Shown here: positions 1 to 9,722 of the stretch, one piece after another
Numbering within the stretch: position 1 is the first letter of the stretch
How the letters are laid out: every line of letters begins with the position of its first letter
NCBI RefSeq assembly: GCF_900167395.1
Contig: NZ_FUWK01000025.1
Location: 11,882-43,881 of the forward strand
Direction of reading: 5' to 3'
DNA from: Nitrosomonas europaea
Lineage (GTDB): Bacteria; Pseudomonadota; Gammaproteobacteria; Burkholderiales; Nitrosomonadaceae
DNA length: 32,000 nucleotides
Position numbers and translations under genes: made by a program
Notes under the pieces: generated by a model
The model's database searches: none
Seen by the model: the letters and a program-made list of their open reading frames with translations, nothing else
What the model was told of the DNA's origin: nothing

Positions 1-948
1 ATTGGATTCGATGACATCCATCTCAGCCAGATCGAGCCCGGCCCGGTTCAGTGCCTGTTTGACTGCGGGCACGGGGCCGATTCCCATGTAGCGCGGATTG
101 ACTCCGGCGTGGCCATAAGCGACCAGACGTGCCATCGGTTGATGATGATTCCGTTCGGCTGCGCGTTCCTCCATCAGCACCAGTGCGGCAGCACCATCAT
201 TGATGCCGGATGCGTTACCGGCCGTGACTGTGCCGTCTTCCCGGAAAACAGGGCGCAGTTTACCCAGCGTTTCCATACTGATGTTGTCGCGCGGGTGCTG
301 GTCTGTATCGAACATCGCTACACCTTCGCGGGTGGAAACTTCAACCGGTACGATCTGCTCGCGGAAATAGCCGTTGTGAACAGCGTGAATGGCGCGCCGA
401 TGACTTTCCAGTGCGAATCGATCCTGCTGCTCGCGGGTAATGCTCCATCTTTCAGCAATGTTTTCTGCAGTGATTCCCATGTGTACCCGGTCAAACGGAT
501 CGGTCAGTGCGCCCACCATCATATCGACTGCGGTACTGTCTTGCATACGTTGTCCCCAGCGCAGTGCGGGAAGAAGATATCCTCCTCGACTCATCGACTC
601 GGCTCCAGCAGCGATAGCCACTTCCGTATCTCCCAGCATCACGGCCTGCGCAGCTGAAATGATGGCCTGCAATCCACTGCCGCAAACACGATTCAGGGTA
701 AGCGCCGCTACACTCTGCGGCAGGCCGGCTTCCAGCGCCGCCACGCGCGCCAGATACATATCCTGCGCTTCAGTGGGGATAACGTGCCCGGCGACGAGGT
801 GCCCAATCTTGTCAGAATCGACGCTGGCGCGAGTGATTGCTTCCCTGACCGTTATGGCTGCCAGCGTGGCAGGCGCCAGATCCTTCAGCGCGCCACCGTA
901 ATCACCGATCGCGGTTCTTGCGCCACTGAGAACGACGACATTTCTCAT
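1..948 (-). CDS. acetyl-CoA C-acetyltransferase (thiolase), N-terminal 316 codons; C-terminus runs off the left edge
   Basis: Absent from the ORF track because it has no stop in the window. My reverse translation from ATG (948-946) gives MRNVVVLSGARTAIGDYGGALKDLAPATLAA. The thiolase active-site context TLNRVCGSGLQAI lies at about 661-700. I checked every codon to base 1 and found no stop. Confidence 0.85.
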   Translation of the reverse strand, partial: MRNVVVLSGARTAIGDYGGALKDLAPATLAAITVREAITRASVDSDKIGHLVAGHVIPTEAQDMYLARVAALEAGLPQSVAALTLNRVCGSGLQAIISAAQAVMLGDTEVAIAAGAESMSRGGYLLPALRWGQRMQDSTAVDMMVGALTDPFDRVHMGITAENIAERWSITREQQDRFALESHRRAIHAVHNGYFREQIVPVEVSTREGVAMFDTDQHPRDNISMETLGKLRPVFREDGTVTAGNASGINDGAAALVLMEERAAERNHHQPMARLVAYGHAGVNPRYMGIGPVPAVKQALNRAGLDLAEMDVIESN

Positions 949-958
949 TCAGATGCGG

Positions 959-2290
959 TTACAGCACGTAGCGAGCCAGATCTTCGCTTTGTGAAAGCTT
1001 GCCAAGACGTTCATCGACATACACGGCATCGATGACATGCGTGCTTCCGCCGTAGCGGGTGGCATTGAATGAAATATCTTCCAGCAATTTTTCCATCACG
1101 GTGTGCAATCTTCTGGCACCGATATTCTCGGTTCTTTCATTGACTGAGAAGGCAATTTCAGCCAGCCGTCCGATGGCATCTTCTGAAAAATTCAGTTCGA
1201 TACCTTCTGTTTTCAGTAATGCCTGATATTGGCGGATGAGGCAGGCATCCGTGTTGGTGAGTATTTGTTTGAAATCTTCGGCACTGAGACTTTCCAGCTC
1301 CACCCGGATGGGAAAGCGGCCCTGCAGTTCGGGAATCAGATCCGATGGCTTGGCCAGGTGAAAAGCGCCACTGGCGATGAACAGGATATGATCAGTGCGG
1401 ATCATGCCGTATTTTGTAGATATTGTTGTTCCTTCCACCAATGGTAGCAAATCCCGCTGAACGCCCTGGCGTGAAACATCGGAACCGGAGACTTCCGAAC
1501 GGCTGGTGATTTTGTCGATTTCATCGAGAAATACGATGCCATTTTGTTCGACATTCTGCACTGCACCCAGCTTCAATTCTTCATCGTTGACCAGGCGAGC
1601 GGCTTCTTCTTCGGTCAGCAGTTTTCTGGCTTCACGGATACGCAGCTTGCGCATCTTTCTTTTACCAGAACCCATGTTCTGGAACATACCCTGAATCTGG
1701 GAAGTCAGCTCTTCCATTCCAGGAGGGGCGAAAATTTCCATGCTGGTTTGTGCCATGGCGACTTCGATTTCGATTTCCTTGTCGTCCAGTTCACCCTCAC
1801 GTAATTTTTTGCGGAATTTCTGGCGGGTCGCGTTGCTTTCTTCGCTGGGGCTGGCCTCAAAACCCAGGTCGCGGGCAGGTGGCAGCAATGCGTCGAGTAT
1901 CCGTTCCTCTGCACGGTCTTCAGCCAGTGGTTGATTTTTTCTGATTTCACGCTCGCGTGCCTGCTTGATGGCCGATTCCACCAGATCACGGATAATGGAA
2001 TCGACATCCCGTCCGACATAGCCCACTTCGGTAAATTTGGTTGCCTCGATCTTGATGAAGGGAGCATTGGCCAGCCTGGCCAGTCGCCTGGCGATTTCAG
2101 TCTTGCCCACGCCCGTCGGGCCGATCATCAGAATATTCTTGGGAGTGATTTCATGGCGCAGAGGCTCATCTACTTGCTGCCGGCGCCAGCGGTTTCTCAG
2201 TGCGATTGCGACAGCGCGTTTGGCTGTGTCCTGTCCGATGATGTGTTTGTCCAGTTCGTGGACAATTTCCTGCGGGGTCATATACGACAT
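959..2290 (-). CDS. hslU: ATP-dependent protease ATPase subunit HslU
   Basis: 443-aa ORF. N-terminus is [37 protein letters not shown] and Walker A is [15 protein letters not shown]. It lies 33 nt downstream of hslV on the same strand. Confidence 0.97.
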   Translation of the reverse strand: MSYMTPQEIVHELDKHIIGQDTAKRAVAIALRNRWRRQQVDEPLRHEITPKNILMIGPTGVGKTEIARRLARLANAPFIKIEATKFTEVGYVGRDVDSIIRDLVESAIKQAREREIRKNQPLAEDRAEERILDALLPPARDLGFEASPSEESNATRQKFRKKLREGELDDKEIEIEVAMAQTSMEIFAPPGMEELTSQIQGMFQNMGSGKRKMRKLRIREARKLLTEEEAARLVNDEELKLGAVQNVEQNGIVFLDEIDKITSRSEVSGSDVSRQGVQRDLLPLVEGTTISTKYGMIRTDHILFIASGAFHLAKPSDLIPELQGRFPIRVELESLSAEDFKQILTNTDACLIRQYQALLKTEGIELNFSEDAIGRLAEIAFSVNERTENIGARRLHTVMEKLLEDISFNATRYGGSTHVIDAVYVDERLGKLSQSEDLARYVL

Positions 2291-2323
2291 GATGGGATTT
2301 TCCTGGTATGGAATGATTTCTGT

Positions 2324-2845
2324 TTAATCGAGCTGTTCGATGACATGCACCTGATTGGTATAGATGCAGATATCCCCGGCGATCGTAAGTGCCTTGGTAA
2401 CGATCTCCTTGGGGCTCAGATCGGTATTTTCCAGCAGGGCACGTGCCGCCGCCTGAGCATAGGCTCCGCCGCTGCCGATGGCTGCAATTCCCTGTTCCGG
2501 TTCGATCACATCTCCTGCGCCCGTGATGATCAGTGTGGCTTCATGATCGGCTACCACCAGCATGGCTTCCAGACGGCGCAGGATACGATCGGTGCGCCAG
2601 TCTTTGGCAAGTTCGACCGCGGATCGCATGAGATGTCCCTGATGTTTTTCCAGCTTGGCTTCGAAGCGCTCAAACAGTGTGAAGGCATCCGCCGTGCCGC
2701 CCGCAAATCCAGCCAGCACCTTGTTGTGATAAAGCCTGCGTACTTTGCGTGCGCTGGCCTTGGCGACGACAGCGCCGAGTGTTACCTGGCCATCACCGCC
2801 CAATGCTACCTGTCGTCCGCGTCGGACTGATACTATCGTGGTCAT
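2324..2845 (-). CDS. hslV: ATP-dependent protease peptidase subunit HslV
   Basis: 173-aa ORF starting [24 protein letters not shown], with the Thr nucleophile right after Met. Classic hslV-hslU pair. Confidence 0.97.
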
Positions 2846-2871
2846 ATTTTGTATTTACAACGAAAACCCTG

Positions 2872-2902
2872 ATTATAGCGCCGTTTTGCAATAGGATTCA
2901 GG
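2872..2902 (-). promoter_or_regulatory. candidate hslVU promoter (TATAAT -10; CCTGAAT -35-like, loosely sigma32-like)
   Basis: The minus strand reads CCTGAAT-N17/18-TATAAT (TATAAT = revcomp of 2872-2877; CCTGAAT = revcomp of 2896-2902), about 27 nt upstream of the hslV ATG. The match to the sigma32 -10 (CCCCATNT) is poor. Confidence 0.3.
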
Positions 2903-3328
2903 TGACGGGTTGGCCGACTGACATCTTCTGTTTTTCTTTACGTACTACGATTTTACACTTTCAGATATCCGCAGTTTTTAGGTGGCGTTTATCATGAAAC
3001 CAGGGGAATATATTCATAACCATAATACAAACGTGTGGAAAACATCTGCAGCTCGTTGGGCATATATAGCAGAAGGAGATCGTGTTCCCAGGGATCAGAC
3101 ATGACACCGAACCCGTGTGGCACTTTTGCTTATTCGCTGAACTTAAGGAACCTCTGATTAAGTCCCATATGGCCCGCACACCGTGTTTTGCGGATGGAAT
3201 GCAAGGGTGAGTGAGGCAGTGATGGCTGATCCCTTCACAATGAGCTCAACGCTGCTTGTTAGCTTAATCGTTAGCCGTTCTCGTATTTCAGTGAAACCTG
3301 TAATCCGTCTTAATCATGGAGAAACGTT

Positions 3329-4033
3329 ATGAGTAAGAAGATACTTGTTGTCTTAACCAGTGTTGAAAAATATCCGGAGATGGATCGTGCCACAGGTTTG
3401 TGGCTGGGAGAGGCTGTTCATTTTGTCAGGAAAGTCGAAGCAGCCGGGTATGAAGTCGACTATGTCAGCCCTCAAGGCGGCTATACACCGATTGATCCGC
3501 ACAGCCTGGCAATGGCTGAGCCAATTGACTGGGAGTGGTACCAGAAGAAGGAATTCATGAATCGCCTTGGCAAGACTATGAAGGCAAGTGAAGTCAATCC
3601 AGATGACTATATTGCAATCTACTATGCTGGTGGCCATGGTGTTATCTGGGATTTTCCCGACAATGAAGAATTGCAATCTATCAGCCGGAAGATCTACGAA
3701 AATGGAGGGATTGTCTCTTCAGTTTGTCATGGCGCAGCCGGCCTGCTGAACATAAAGCTTTCGAATGGCAGCCTGCTGGTGAAAGGCAAGGAACTAACCG
3801 GTTTTTCCAATGAGGAAGAAAAACTTGCTGAGCTGGATAAATTTGTGCCTTTTCTGACTGAAACAGAGTTACTTGCGCGTGGCGCTATCTATAAAAAAGC
3901 TGATGAGCCGTGGGTCTCCTTTGCCGTTGAAGATAACAGACTTATCACTGGGCAGAATCCGGCTTCTGGTGGGGCTGTCGCTGATTTGCTGATAAAGGCT
4001 CTCAAGAATGAGCTCCGGCATTTACTCAGGTAA
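3329..4033 (+). CDS. DJ-1/PfpI (class I glutamine amidotransferase-like) family protein, Hsp31-type
   Basis: 234 aa. MSKKILVVLTS start and nucleophile elbow SSVCHGAAGLLN. GGAGA RBS ahead of the ATG. Confidence 0.8.
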   Translation: MSKKILVVLTSVEKYPEMDRATGLWLGEAVHFVRKVEAAGYEVDYVSPQGGYTPIDPHSLAMAEPIDWEWYQKKEFMNRLGKTMKASEVNPDDYIAIYYAGGHGVIWDFPDNEELQSISRKIYENGGIVSSVCHGAAGLLNIKLSNGSLLVKGKELTGFSNEEEKLAELDKFVPFLTETELLARGAIYKKADEPWVSFAVEDNRLITGQNPASGGAVADLLIKALKNELRHLLR

Positions 4034-4088
4034 TGCCAATTCGCGGCATGGTTTATTCAAACATCAGGTTCTTGTGCGGGAGAATTCG

Positions 4089-4463
4089 GTGATTAACCTT
4101 CATGCAAGTGATCTTCGTACCTTTATTCCATCCCGGGATTTTGTGTTATCCAGGGATTTTTACTCGGCATTGGGTTGTGAGCTGGAGTGGTCAGATGACA
4201 ATCTGGCGCTGTTCAACCTTGCAGGGTCAAGATTTTACCTGCAGCGTTACTATGTAAAAGAATGGGCTGAGAACAGCATGCTTCACATATCGGTGCAGGA
4301 TGCGGCCAATTGTTTTACTGACATTACGGGGCTCATAGAATCTGGCCGTTTTCCTTCTGTCCGTGTGGCTCCGCCGAAGCGGGAATCTTATGGTGCATTG
4401 GTTACTTATGTCTGGGATCCATCAGGTGTTCTGCTGCATCTGACTCAATGGGACGAAGGCTAA
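4089..4463 (+). CDS. VOC (glyoxalase/bleomycin-resistance/dioxygenase) superfamily protein
   Basis: The ORF-track ORF 4008-4463 overlaps the DJ-1 gene end. An in-frame GTG at 4089 has GGGAGA 5 nt upstream. The resulting 124 aa (SRDFYSALGCELEW...WDPSGVLLHL) looks like a small VOC fold. Confidence 0.6.
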   Translation: MINLHASDLRTFIPSRDFVLSRDFYSALGCELEWSDDNLALFNLAGSRFYLQRYYVKEWAENSMLHISVQDAANCFTDITGLIESGRFPSVRVAPPKRESYGALVTYVWDPSGVLLHLTQWDEG

Positions 4464-4519
4464 TCGTTCATTCAGGTCGATGCTGTTTCTCGTAATGGCA
4501 ATTTGATGAAATAAGAACA

Positions 4520-5173
4520 ATGCGCCTTATCTTGAGCCAGTGTCTTGCCAATCTGTCGGTTAGATTTCTTATGAACCGTAATTCATACAACAAGATTGCG
4601 CATTTATGGAATGTCGCTCGTAACGGGTTCTTTGGACGCGAGCGCGAATATCTCGATGCGATTCTTTCGGTTGCGCCCATAGGCTCGACGATTCTGGATC
4701 TGGGGTGCGGCACCGGCCGTCCGATGGCTGAATATATCGTTTCCAGAGGGCGTTGTGTTCTCGGAGTAGATCAGTCAGAGGAGATGCTGCGGCTTGCCCG
4801 CCAGAAGCTTCCGCACGAGCAATGGGTTCTGTCTTCGATAGAGTCGTATGAGCCAGTAGAGGGGTATCACGGCGCTCTGCTCTGGGATTCGCTTTTCCAT
4901 ATTCGGCGTACAGAACATGAACTCATCGTAAGTAAGGTGGTACGCGGACTTCCGTCAGGAGGCAGGCTTATGTTGACTGTTGGTGGATCTGCTCACCCGG
5001 AATTTACAGATTTCATGTATGGAGAGGAATTTTATTATGATTCCAATACGCCACAAGAAACAGAGACGTTCCTCCAGCGATTATCTTGTCGTATGGTAAT
5101 TGGCGAATATATGAATTTGCCGGATGGGGGAAGAGATAAGGGCCGATACGCAATTGTCGCGGAAAAAATTTAG
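4520..5173 (+). CDS. class I SAM-dependent methyltransferase
   Basis: Motif I ILDLGCGTGRP and typical downstream layout. The start is uncertain (ATG 4520 or ATG 4571, MNRNSYNKIAHLWN); neither has a clear RBS. Confidence 0.75.
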   Translation: MRLILSQCLANLSVRFLMNRNSYNKIAHLWNVARNGFFGREREYLDAILSVAPIGSTILDLGCGTGRPMAEYIVSRGRCVLGVDQSEEMLRLARQKLPHEQWVLSSIESYEPVEGYHGALLWDSLFHIRRTEHELIVSKVVRGLPSGGRLMLTVGGSAHPEFTDFMYGEEFYYDSNTPQETETFLQRLSCRMVIGEYMNLPDGGRDKGRYAIVAEKI

Positions 5174-5195
5174 TAGATTCACACAGGAGATTGAT

Positions 5196-5609
5196 ATGTC
5201 CAGTTACGAAATGTTTGCTGATAAAAATATTGTAGCCGGGGAGCTTGCAAACCTGATGGCCTCCGCAGGCTGGGGTACGGAAGGGGATTATGATGCTACA
5301 GCCATTGAAAAGTCGCTGTCAGCTTATCCGATGATTGCCTATTGCCGAGATTCTGACGGGCTGCTTGTCGGGTATATCAGTGCGTTCACAGACGGTGCGT
5401 TTTCAACCTTTGTGGGAGAGCTTGTCGTTCGGCCGACATATCAGCAGCGAGGAATAGGTTCTGCCCTGTTAGCCATGATCGTTGAGAAGTGCCGCGGTGT
5501 GCCGGTATATGCCACCCCGTTTCAGGGCACAGAGAAGTTTTTTCTTGACAGAGGTTTCCGTGTACCCGAGCGGCCGATGTCGGTAGTCTCGATGCGTAAC
5601 GTGACATAA
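5196..5609 (+). CDS. GNAT family N-acetyltransferase
   Basis: ATG at 5196 is preceded by AGGAG. The acetyl-CoA motif is VVRPTYQQRGIGSALL. The ORF-track start at 5124 overlaps the upstream gene and lacks an RBS. Confidence 0.75.
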   Translation: MSSYEMFADKNIVAGELANLMASAGWGTEGDYDATAIEKSLSAYPMIAYCRDSDGLLVGYISAFTDGAFSTFVGELVVRPTYQQRGIGSALLAMIVEKCRGVPVYATPFQGTEKFFLDRGFRVPERPMSVVSMRNVT

Positions 5610-5745
5610 ATCTGTTGTTACATTGGGCTAATACAAGAAGCTGCGCAGCTCTGGTTGTAAATTATGGTGCGAAAAGCACTTGTAAACGGATGTAGAAAAC
5701 TGAAAAAGGCCGGTTTTACCGGTTTGGGTATGATGGTTGGAAGGA

Positions 5746-5773
5746 TGATGCGGGTAGAGTAATACCCGCATCA
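5746..5773. terminator. 11-bp perfect hairpin between the convergent GNAT and rpoZ genes
   Basis: TGATGCGGGTA (5746-5756), loop GAGTAA, TACCCGCATCA (5763-5773). There is no clear U-tract on either strand, so intrinsic-terminator status is uncertain. Confidence 0.4.
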
Positions 5774-5791
5774 GGATGGTGCACTGTCTGA

Positions 5792-5995
5792 TCAGCGGAG
5801 CGTATTGAGTATTTCTTCGCCGTATTTTTTTTGTGCCAGTTCACGTAAAGCGATGACGATCGGTTTATCGCGCTCGGAATCGATCATCGGTGTGGAACCG
5901 ACTGAGACCTGCCTTGCCCGCACAGTGGCTGCCAGGGTCATGTCGAAACGATTCGGGATTACTTCCAGACAATCTTCTACCGTAATACGTGCCAT
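5792..5995 (-). CDS. rpoZ: DNA-directed RNA polymerase subunit omega
   Basis: 67 aa, [29 protein letters not shown]. Downstream of gmk as in many proteobacteria. Confidence 0.95.
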
Positions 5996-6040
5996 ACAGA
6001 GTAACTCCAGTAAGAATTTGTAATAAAAATCTGTAAAAAA

Positions 6041-6646
6041 TCAGGAGAATTCAGCAATCAGGGAACGCTGCCTGACGAGCTGACGTATCGTTTTCAATCG
6101 TTCAGCCTGAACGATGGAGGCAACATCTCGTGCTGCTGTTTCCAGTTCGTGATTGACCACCACGTAATCAAATCTGTTCACATGGCTGATTTCACTGCGA
6201 GCAGCAGCCAGCCGGCGTTCGATGACTTTATTTTCATCCTGACCGCGTTGTTCCAGACGCTGTTTCAATGCTTCCATGGATGGAGGCAGAATAAATATGG
6301 AGGCTGCTTGTGGATAGACCGTGCGTATCTGCTGTGCGCCCTGACAGTCTATTTCCAGCAAAACATCCTGTTCTGCTGCCATGGTTTCTTCTATCCATTT
6401 GCGCGATGTGCCGTAGAGATTGCCGTGCACCTCGGCGCTTTCCAGAAATTCGCCACGTGCCTGCATGTCTTTGAACGTTGCATGATCAACGAAAAAATAA
6501 TCATGACCATTTTTTTCGTCTCGTCTGGGTGGACGCGTGGTATAGGAAATCGAGAGAGTCAGATTGATATCCGTCTGTAGCAGAGTACGGATCACACTGG
6601 TTTTACCGGCACCGGAGGGTGCACTGATTACGAACAGACAACTCAT
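6041..6646 (-). CDS. gmk: guanylate kinase
   Basis: 201 aa. P-loop SAPSGAGKTS, then SYTTRPPRRDEKNGHDYFFV. Confidence 0.95.
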   Translation of the reverse strand: MSCLFVISAPSGAGKTSVIRTLLQTDINLTLSISYTTRPPRRDEKNGHDYFFVDHATFKDMQARGEFLESAEVHGNLYGTSRKWIEETMAAEQDVLLEIDCQGAQQIRTVYPQAASIFILPPSMEALKQRLEQRGQDENKVIERRLAAARSEISHVNRFDYVVVNHELETAARDVASIVQAERLKTIRQLVRQRSLIAEFS

Positions 6647-6741
6647 AATGTTTCATTCTATTGAAATCGTGGCGTATTTTAACAGGGAAATACCGGAAAA
6701 CGCCCGGGATTATCGTAGATGACGAGGACTCATGAATAAAT

Positions 6742-6770
6742 TTGAAGCGGATCGTCGTTTCGGTTAGAAT
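6742..6770 (+). promoter_or_regulatory. sigma70-type promoter for tRNA-Val
   Basis: TTGAAG (6742-6747), 17 nt, TAGAAT (6765-6770). The mature tRNA 5' end is 12 nt downstream of the -10. Confidence 0.45.
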
Positions 6771-6782
6771 TCCGTCTTCTTC

Positions 6783-6859
6783 AGGCGCGTAGCTCAGCTG
6801 GTTAGAGCACCACCTTGACATGGTGGGGGTCGTTGGTTCGAGTCCAATCGCGCCTACCA
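6783..6859 (+). tRNA. tRNA-Val (anticodon GAC)
   Basis: Hand-folded cloverleaf: acceptor AGGCGCG/CGCGCCT, D arm GCTC-AGCTGGTTA-GAGC, anticodon arm CCACC-TTGACAT-GGTGG, T arm GTTGG-TTCGAGT-CCAAT, discriminator A, encoded CCA. 77 nt. Confidence 0.93.
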
Positions 6860-6942
6860 GAAGACAACAGGCAGGTTCTGGTATCTGTCACCACCATTCC
6901 GGCTTCAGTCATATCTTTTCTATATTTTGTCTTGTTTCCCGC

Positions 6943-7401
6943 TTATCGGGAATTTTCTGATTTTCGTTTACTTGCGAGCATACGAATAGCGCATGCATTG
7001 CTGGAGGAAAATACTTTTTCTGCTGCTTCCCGCCATGGCAGCCAGACATACCCGAGATGCTCACGGGATGAGACTACGGCCGGTATCGTTTTGGGTAATT
7101 CCAAACCAAACACATGTTCGGTGTTGTGAGTAGTGCCCGGCGGGTAGCGCCAGTTCCATTCCTCAAAGATTTCGTAGCGGTTTTGTATTTGCCAGTCAGA
7201 TAGCACGTAATCGTCGGTATTCAGACCGGTTTCTTCTCTAACCTCACGGACTGCCGTCTGCAGCAGTGTTTCCCCGGGATCCTGACTGCCTGTAACAGAC
7301 TGCCAGTAACCGGGGTGGTCGGCACGTTCCAGCAGCAGCACCTGGAGATCGGCCGTGTAGATCACCACCAGAACGGATACGGGCAATTTATAGCGTTGCA
7401 A
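6943..7401 (-). CDS. nudB: NUDIX hydrolase, dihydroneopterin triphosphate pyrophosphatase-like
   Basis: 152 aa. Nudix box GSQDPGETLLQTAVREVREETG. It sits directly downstream of aspS, the same linkage as E. coli aspS-nudB. Confidence 0.8.
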   Translation of the reverse strand: MQRYKLPVSVLVVIYTADLQVLLLERADHPGYWQSVTGSQDPGETLLQTAVREVREETGLNTDDYVLSDWQIQNRYEIFEEWNWRYPPGTTHNTEHVFGLELPKTIPAVVSSREHLGYVWLPWREAAEKVFSSSNACAIRMLASKRKSENSR

Positions 7402-7413
7402 CAGACAATCCGG

Positions 7414-9195
7414 TCAATTGTTCGTGTTTTCGGTCCGGCGTAGCCGGATATGCAGCTCTCGCAACTGTTTTTCCTCGACTGCGCCGGGTGCTTGTGTCAG
7501 TAGACATTGAGCACGTTGTGTCTTGGGGAAGGCAATTACATCGCGAATGGAGTCTGCTCCGGTCATCATGGCAACGATACGGTCGAGGCCAAAAGCGATG
7601 CCTCCGTGTGGTGGCGCACCGTATTGCAGCGCATCTAGTAGAAAGCCAAATTTCAGTTTTGCTTCATCATCCGATATGTTCAGTGCCTGAAACACCTTGC
7701 TTTGTATATCCTGCCGGTGAATACGAATCGAACCGCCACCGATTTCCATACCATTCAGAACCATGTCATACGCTCTGGAAAGCGCTTTGCCAGGATCGCT
7801 CGTCAGAAAATCCTCATGTCCCTGACTGGGAGAGGTAAAGGGATGGTGCAGGGCCTGCCAGCGTTTTTCTTCTTCATCCCATTCGAACATCGGAAAATCC
7901 ACAACCCATAAAGGTTGCCAGGAGTCTGTGGCCAGATTGCGTTCATGCCCGATCTTGACCCGTAATGCGCCCAGTGCATCATTGACGACTTTGGCTTTGT
8001 CGGCACCGAAGAATACCAGATCGCCATTTTGTGCCTGGGTGCGCTCGAGTATCGACTGTACGACAGATTCAGGCAGGAATTTCAGAATGGGGGATTGCAA
8101 ACCTTCTATTCCCTTGGTCAGGTCATTGATCTTGATATAGGCCAGACCCTTTGCTCCGTAAATGCCAACAAACTGGGTGTATTCGTCGATTTCCTTGCGA
8201 GACAGTTCTCCACCACCAGGAACACGCAGAGCAGCCACCCGTCCTCCTGCTTTCTGCGCAGCGTCGCGGAATACCTGGAAAGGTACGTCCTGCATCAGAT
8301 CGGTCAGTTCCGTCAGAACTAGTGGTACACGTAAATCAGGTTTATCCGATCCGTAAAGGAACATGGCATCAGCATAGCTGAGCCGGGGGAAGGGATCGGG
8401 CAGGCTGATATCGAGCACACTTGCGAACAGACGGCGGATCATGTCCTCCATCATGCCCATGATTTCGTTTTCCGGGAGAAAAGAGGTTTCGATGTCGATC
8501 TGAGTAAATTCCGGTTGGCGGTCGGCACGCAAATCTTCGTCCCGGAAACAGCGGGTAATCTGATAGTACCGGTCGAAACCGGATACCATCAGCAGTTGTT
8601 TGAATAATTGCGGAGATTGCGGCAGCGCAAAGAAATGACCGGCATTGACGCGTGAAGGTACCAGGTAATCACGCGCACCTTCCGGAGTGGATTTGGTCAG
8701 CATCGGCGTTTCTACATCGATGAAGCCATGCTGATCGAGAAAAATGCGTACTGCCATGGTGACCTGGTGTCGCAGACGAATGTTGCGCTGCATCACCGGA
8801 CGGCGTAAGTCCAGATAGCGATATTCCAGTCGTATTGCCTCGCTCAGATTGTCATCATCCATCTGGAAAGGAGGAGTGAGCGAAGGATTCAGAATTTCGA
8901 TGGCGTTGACCAGCACCTCTATTTCTCCACTGAGAATTCCGTGATTGACCGTTCCTTCCGGGCGGTGGCGTACTGTGCCGGTGATTGCGAGCACGAACTC
9001 GCTGCGGATTTTTTCTGCAATCTGGAAGGCGGCAACATTATCAGGATCACAAACGATCTGGACAATCCCCTCACGGTCACGCAGATCGATAAAAATGACT
9101 CCACCGTGATCACGCCGGCGATGTACCCAGCCGCATAATGTAATCGTTTTATCCAGATGGCGTGTGTTGATGGCGCCGCAATAGTCAGTACGCAT
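7414..9195 (-). CDS. aspS: aspartate--tRNA ligase
   Basis: 593 aa. [43 protein letters not shown], and class II motifs [18 protein letters not shown] and [11 protein letters not shown]. Confidence 0.97.
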   Translation of the reverse strand: MRTDYCGAINTRHLDKTITLCGWVHRRRDHGGVIFIDLRDREGIVQIVCDPDNVAAFQIAEKIRSEFVLAITGTVRHRPEGTVNHGILSGEIEVLVNAIEILNPSLTPPFQMDDDNLSEAIRLEYRYLDLRRPVMQRNIRLRHQVTMAVRIFLDQHGFIDVETPMLTKSTPEGARDYLVPSRVNAGHFFALPQSPQLFKQLLMVSGFDRYYQITRCFRDEDLRADRQPEFTQIDIETSFLPENEIMGMMEDMIRRLFASVLDISLPDPFPRLSYADAMFLYGSDKPDLRVPLVLTELTDLMQDVPFQVFRDAAQKAGGRVAALRVPGGGELSRKEIDEYTQFVGIYGAKGLAYIKINDLTKGIEGLQSPILKFLPESVVQSILERTQAQNGDLVFFGADKAKVVNDALGALRVKIGHERNLATDSWQPLWVVDFPMFEWDEEEKRWQALHHPFTSPSQGHEDFLTSDPGKALSRAYDMVLNGMEIGGGSIRIHRQDIQSKVFQALNISDDEAKLKFGFLLDALQYGAPPHGGIAFGLDRIVAMMTGADSIRDVIAFPKTQRAQCLLTQAPGAVEEKQLRELHIRLRRTENTNN

Positions 9196-9278
9196 AAGTG
9201 ACGTTGATGTTGATTGAATGAGAAAGTCGATTGTTCGGTTATTTCGCCCTGTAAAAATGCTGCCAGGGCATGTTTGTA

Positions 9279-9617
9279 CTAATCCACAGAGGAAACAGTG
9301 GGAGCAGTGGTTGATGTCGATGCTGTCGTCGCGGTCGCAGTCGTGCTGTCAGTCGTCGTGGTTGCAGCTGCTTTATCAGTGTCGGCCGCCTCCTTGCCGG
9401 ATTCTTCTTTGGGTTTCGAATCGGATCGGGTATTTTTATTTCTGAAATCTGTTACATACCAGCCGGTCCCCTTCAGCTGGAAACCCGCAGCGGATACCTT
9501 CTTGACATAATCACTGCTACCGCAGGCAGGGCAATTTGCGATCGGGGCATCACTCATTTTCTGCAGATGCTCTTTCTCCAATCCACATGCATGGCAGGCA
9601 TACTCATAGATCGGCAT
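9279..9617 (-). CDS. FmdB-family zinc-ribbon protein (CxxC-CxxC) with a Thr/Ala-rich tail
   Basis: [42 protein letters not shown], followed by a low-complexity tail [28 protein letters not shown]. Confidence 0.8.
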   Translation of the reverse strand: MPIYEYACHACGLEKEHLQKMSDAPIANCPACGSSDYVKKVSAAGFQLKGTGWYVTDFRNKNTRSDSKPKEESGKEAADTDKAAATTTTDSTTATATTASTSTTAPTVSSVD

Positions 9618-9722
9618 GTTTTCCTCCTTGGAATAAAATCTTGAAAACCCGCATTATACTTGACTACAGGGGTAATTTCCCGGATGCAGTTCTGAGCTTT
9701 GGTTTAAGAAACGATCTTCTGG

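Noticed and set aside
109-1035. Plus-strand ORFs 109-657, 440-901 and 784-1035 in the ORF track
   Set aside because: They lie antisense to a continuous, stop-free thiolase reading frame with clear family motifs. Their translations are Cys/His/Arg/Ser-rich with no recognisable motif.
1931-2830. 299-aa plus-strand ORF
   Set aside because: It runs antisense across both hslU and hslV, including their intergenic gap. It is a typical shadow ORF of well-supported genes.
3118-3130. TGGCAC followed by TTTTGCTT, superficially sigma54-like
   Set aside because: GG and GC are separated by 7 nt rather than the required 10, and no suitable gene lies downstream.
9298-9510. 70-aa plus-strand ORF rich in V/A
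   Set aside because: It is an antisense shadow of the Thr/Ala-rich tail of the FmdB zinc-ribbon gene.
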